Shown here in pieces: positions 4,151 to 5,121 of a stretch of 5,121 nt of DNA. Under the pieces are notes generated by a model that worked only from the letters and a program-made list of their open reading frames with translations, was not told the DNA's origin and did not search any database. The number at the start of each line of letters is the position of its first letter. The first letter of the stretch is position 1. This DNA comes from a virus. Where the stretch lies: positions 1 through 5,121 of the IMG/VR virus record IMGVR_UViG_3300020043_004237. One strand, written 5' to 3'. A program made the translations under genes and the position numbers.

Positions 4151-5085
4151 TTTTTACCTCTACTTTTGTTAAATTGTTGGATGTATTTATCTCGATCTGA
4201 TTGTGTTGTACCTTTTTGATTATATGTTGAACCTTTTTTTCTAGATTCGTATGAAAACCATTCGTTACGAATATTATTTTCTGTACGTTTACCTGAATAT
4301 GGTGGTTCTGGCATGTCTAAAGGATGTTGTTTAAAGTATTCTTTCTGATCCATATTTTTACGTGCGCGAGTACCTAATTCTCCTGCTCCTTGAATAATAC
4401 GATTTAGGAAATGAGGCATCCAATTTTGAAATTTTTTATTTTCATTAATGTATGTTTCTCCCCATTTTTGTTGTTCTGTAAGTCCTTTCTGTTCTTTTGC
4501 GACTTCTGTTTGTTCTTTAGTTAGATTTTCTGTAGCTTTCATATTTGCTAATTCTTGATCTAACCGTTTTGAAGCCAAGTTGATGTTTTTTTGTGCTTGT
4601 GATGATGCTACTCCTGCTCCAAGTGAGTTTTGTGATGTAGACATTGCTCCGCCTGGTGATGATGCTCCTGCATTTGCTGATAAGATTGGATTTAAGCCTG
4701 CTGCCATAAGATCTTTGACTTCTCGTTGATGTGCTGTTGATGACATTCTTTCTTGAAAAGCCATTTGTTCTCGTGCTGCTGCTCTATTTGCTGCATTGGT
4801 TTGTTCTTGTCCTGCTGCTGTAAGTACACCATCCATGGTAAGACCTATACCTGCTCCTATACCTAATCCTGAAGCTGCTCCTGTAGTACCTGCCGTACCG
4901 GCTGCACCTATTCCTGCTGCTGCTCCTGCATAAGCTCCTGCGCCATATCCTGCGTAAAGCTGGGTGTCATCGACACCCAAGCCTTTTTTGTAAGTTTCAT
5001 CACGAACCATTCCGATAGGGTCTAATAAGAAGTTTGCGACTGGGCCAACGGCCCTTTTAATGTCACCTATTGGGTCCCATCCCAT
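4147..5085 (-). CDS. VP2: Minor capsid / DNA pilot protein VP2
   Basis: This is a 312-aa ORF. It has a Gly/Ala-rich hydrophobic N-terminal third followed by MAFQERMSSTAHQREVKDLMAAGLNPIL. That block matches the conserved FQERMS.TA.QR...D...AGLNP core I recall for gokushovirus VP2. A GGGAGG SD sits at 5091-5096, 5 nt before the ATG at 5085. Confidence 0.9.
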   Translation of the reverse strand: MGWDPIGDIKRAVGPVANFLLDPIGMVRDETYKKGLGVDDTQLYAGYGAGAYAGAAAGIGAAGTAGTTGAASGLGIGAGIGLTMDGVLTAAGQEQTNAANRAAAREQMAFQERMSSTAHQREVKDLMAAGLNPILSANAGASSPGGAMSTSQNSLGAGVASSQAQKNINLASKRLDQELANMKATENLTKEQTEVAKEQKGLTEQQKWGETYINENKKFQNWMPHFLNRIIQGAGELGTRARKNMDQKEYFKQHPLDMPEPPYSGKRTENNIRNEWFSYESRKKGSTYNQKGTTQSDRDKYIQQFNKSRGKK

Positions 5086-5121
5086 TAGAACCTCCCGAGT
5101 GTTGCTGGTACTGAGTAAGTC
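5001..5121. repeat. Terminal redundancy copy B (identical to 1-121)
   Basis: See copy A. The segment 5085-5121 repeats the last codons of VP1. Confidence 0.95.

Noticed and set aside
1-5121. The 121-nt direct repeat read as a biological terminal repeat or LTR, and a check for tRNA, rRNA, CRISPR, IS elements or integrase
   Set aside because: The repeat cuts through coding sequence and restores intact genes only when circularised, so it is an assembly overlap. I saw no cloverleaf-like tRNA, no repeat-spacer array, and no transposase or integrase-sized ORF. GATC occurs at roughly the frequency expected by chance, so there is no obvious avoidance of that motif.

Overview
The window is one complete circular genome of about 5.0 kb from a gokushovirus-like member of the Microviridae (ssDNA phage). 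It was linearised with an exact 121-nt overlap: bases 1-121 equal 5001-5121, so the unit length is 5000 nt. All credible genes lie on the minus strand, so the window shows the complement of the mRNA and virion sense. Reading that strand, the order is replication initiator VP4 (HUH/Y-x3-Y), major capsid VP1, DNA pilot VP2, internal scaffold VP3, and then the only long intergenic region. After that region comes a chain of small genes: a 26-aa basic peptide, a 67-aa ORFan, VP5, a 41-aa membrane peptide and a 39-aa basic VP8/J-like peptide. Three of these fall below the ORF-track cutoff, and I found them by hand translation. Every proposed gene has a Shine-Dalgarno motif 4-7 nt upstream of its start, and several junctions overlap (TAATG, ATGA). 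Family assignments rest on motifs I recognise from memory, not on a database search. Three things deserve a second look. The first is a GC-rich island in the intergenic region that folds into a 78-nt rod hairpin whose mismatches all become wobble pairs on the coding-sense strand. The second is the unannotated 41-aa signal-anchor peptide, a possible lysis or exclusion factor. The third is a pair of tandem hairpins between VP5 and that peptide. I saw no tRNA, rRNA, CRISPR array, transposase or integrase.
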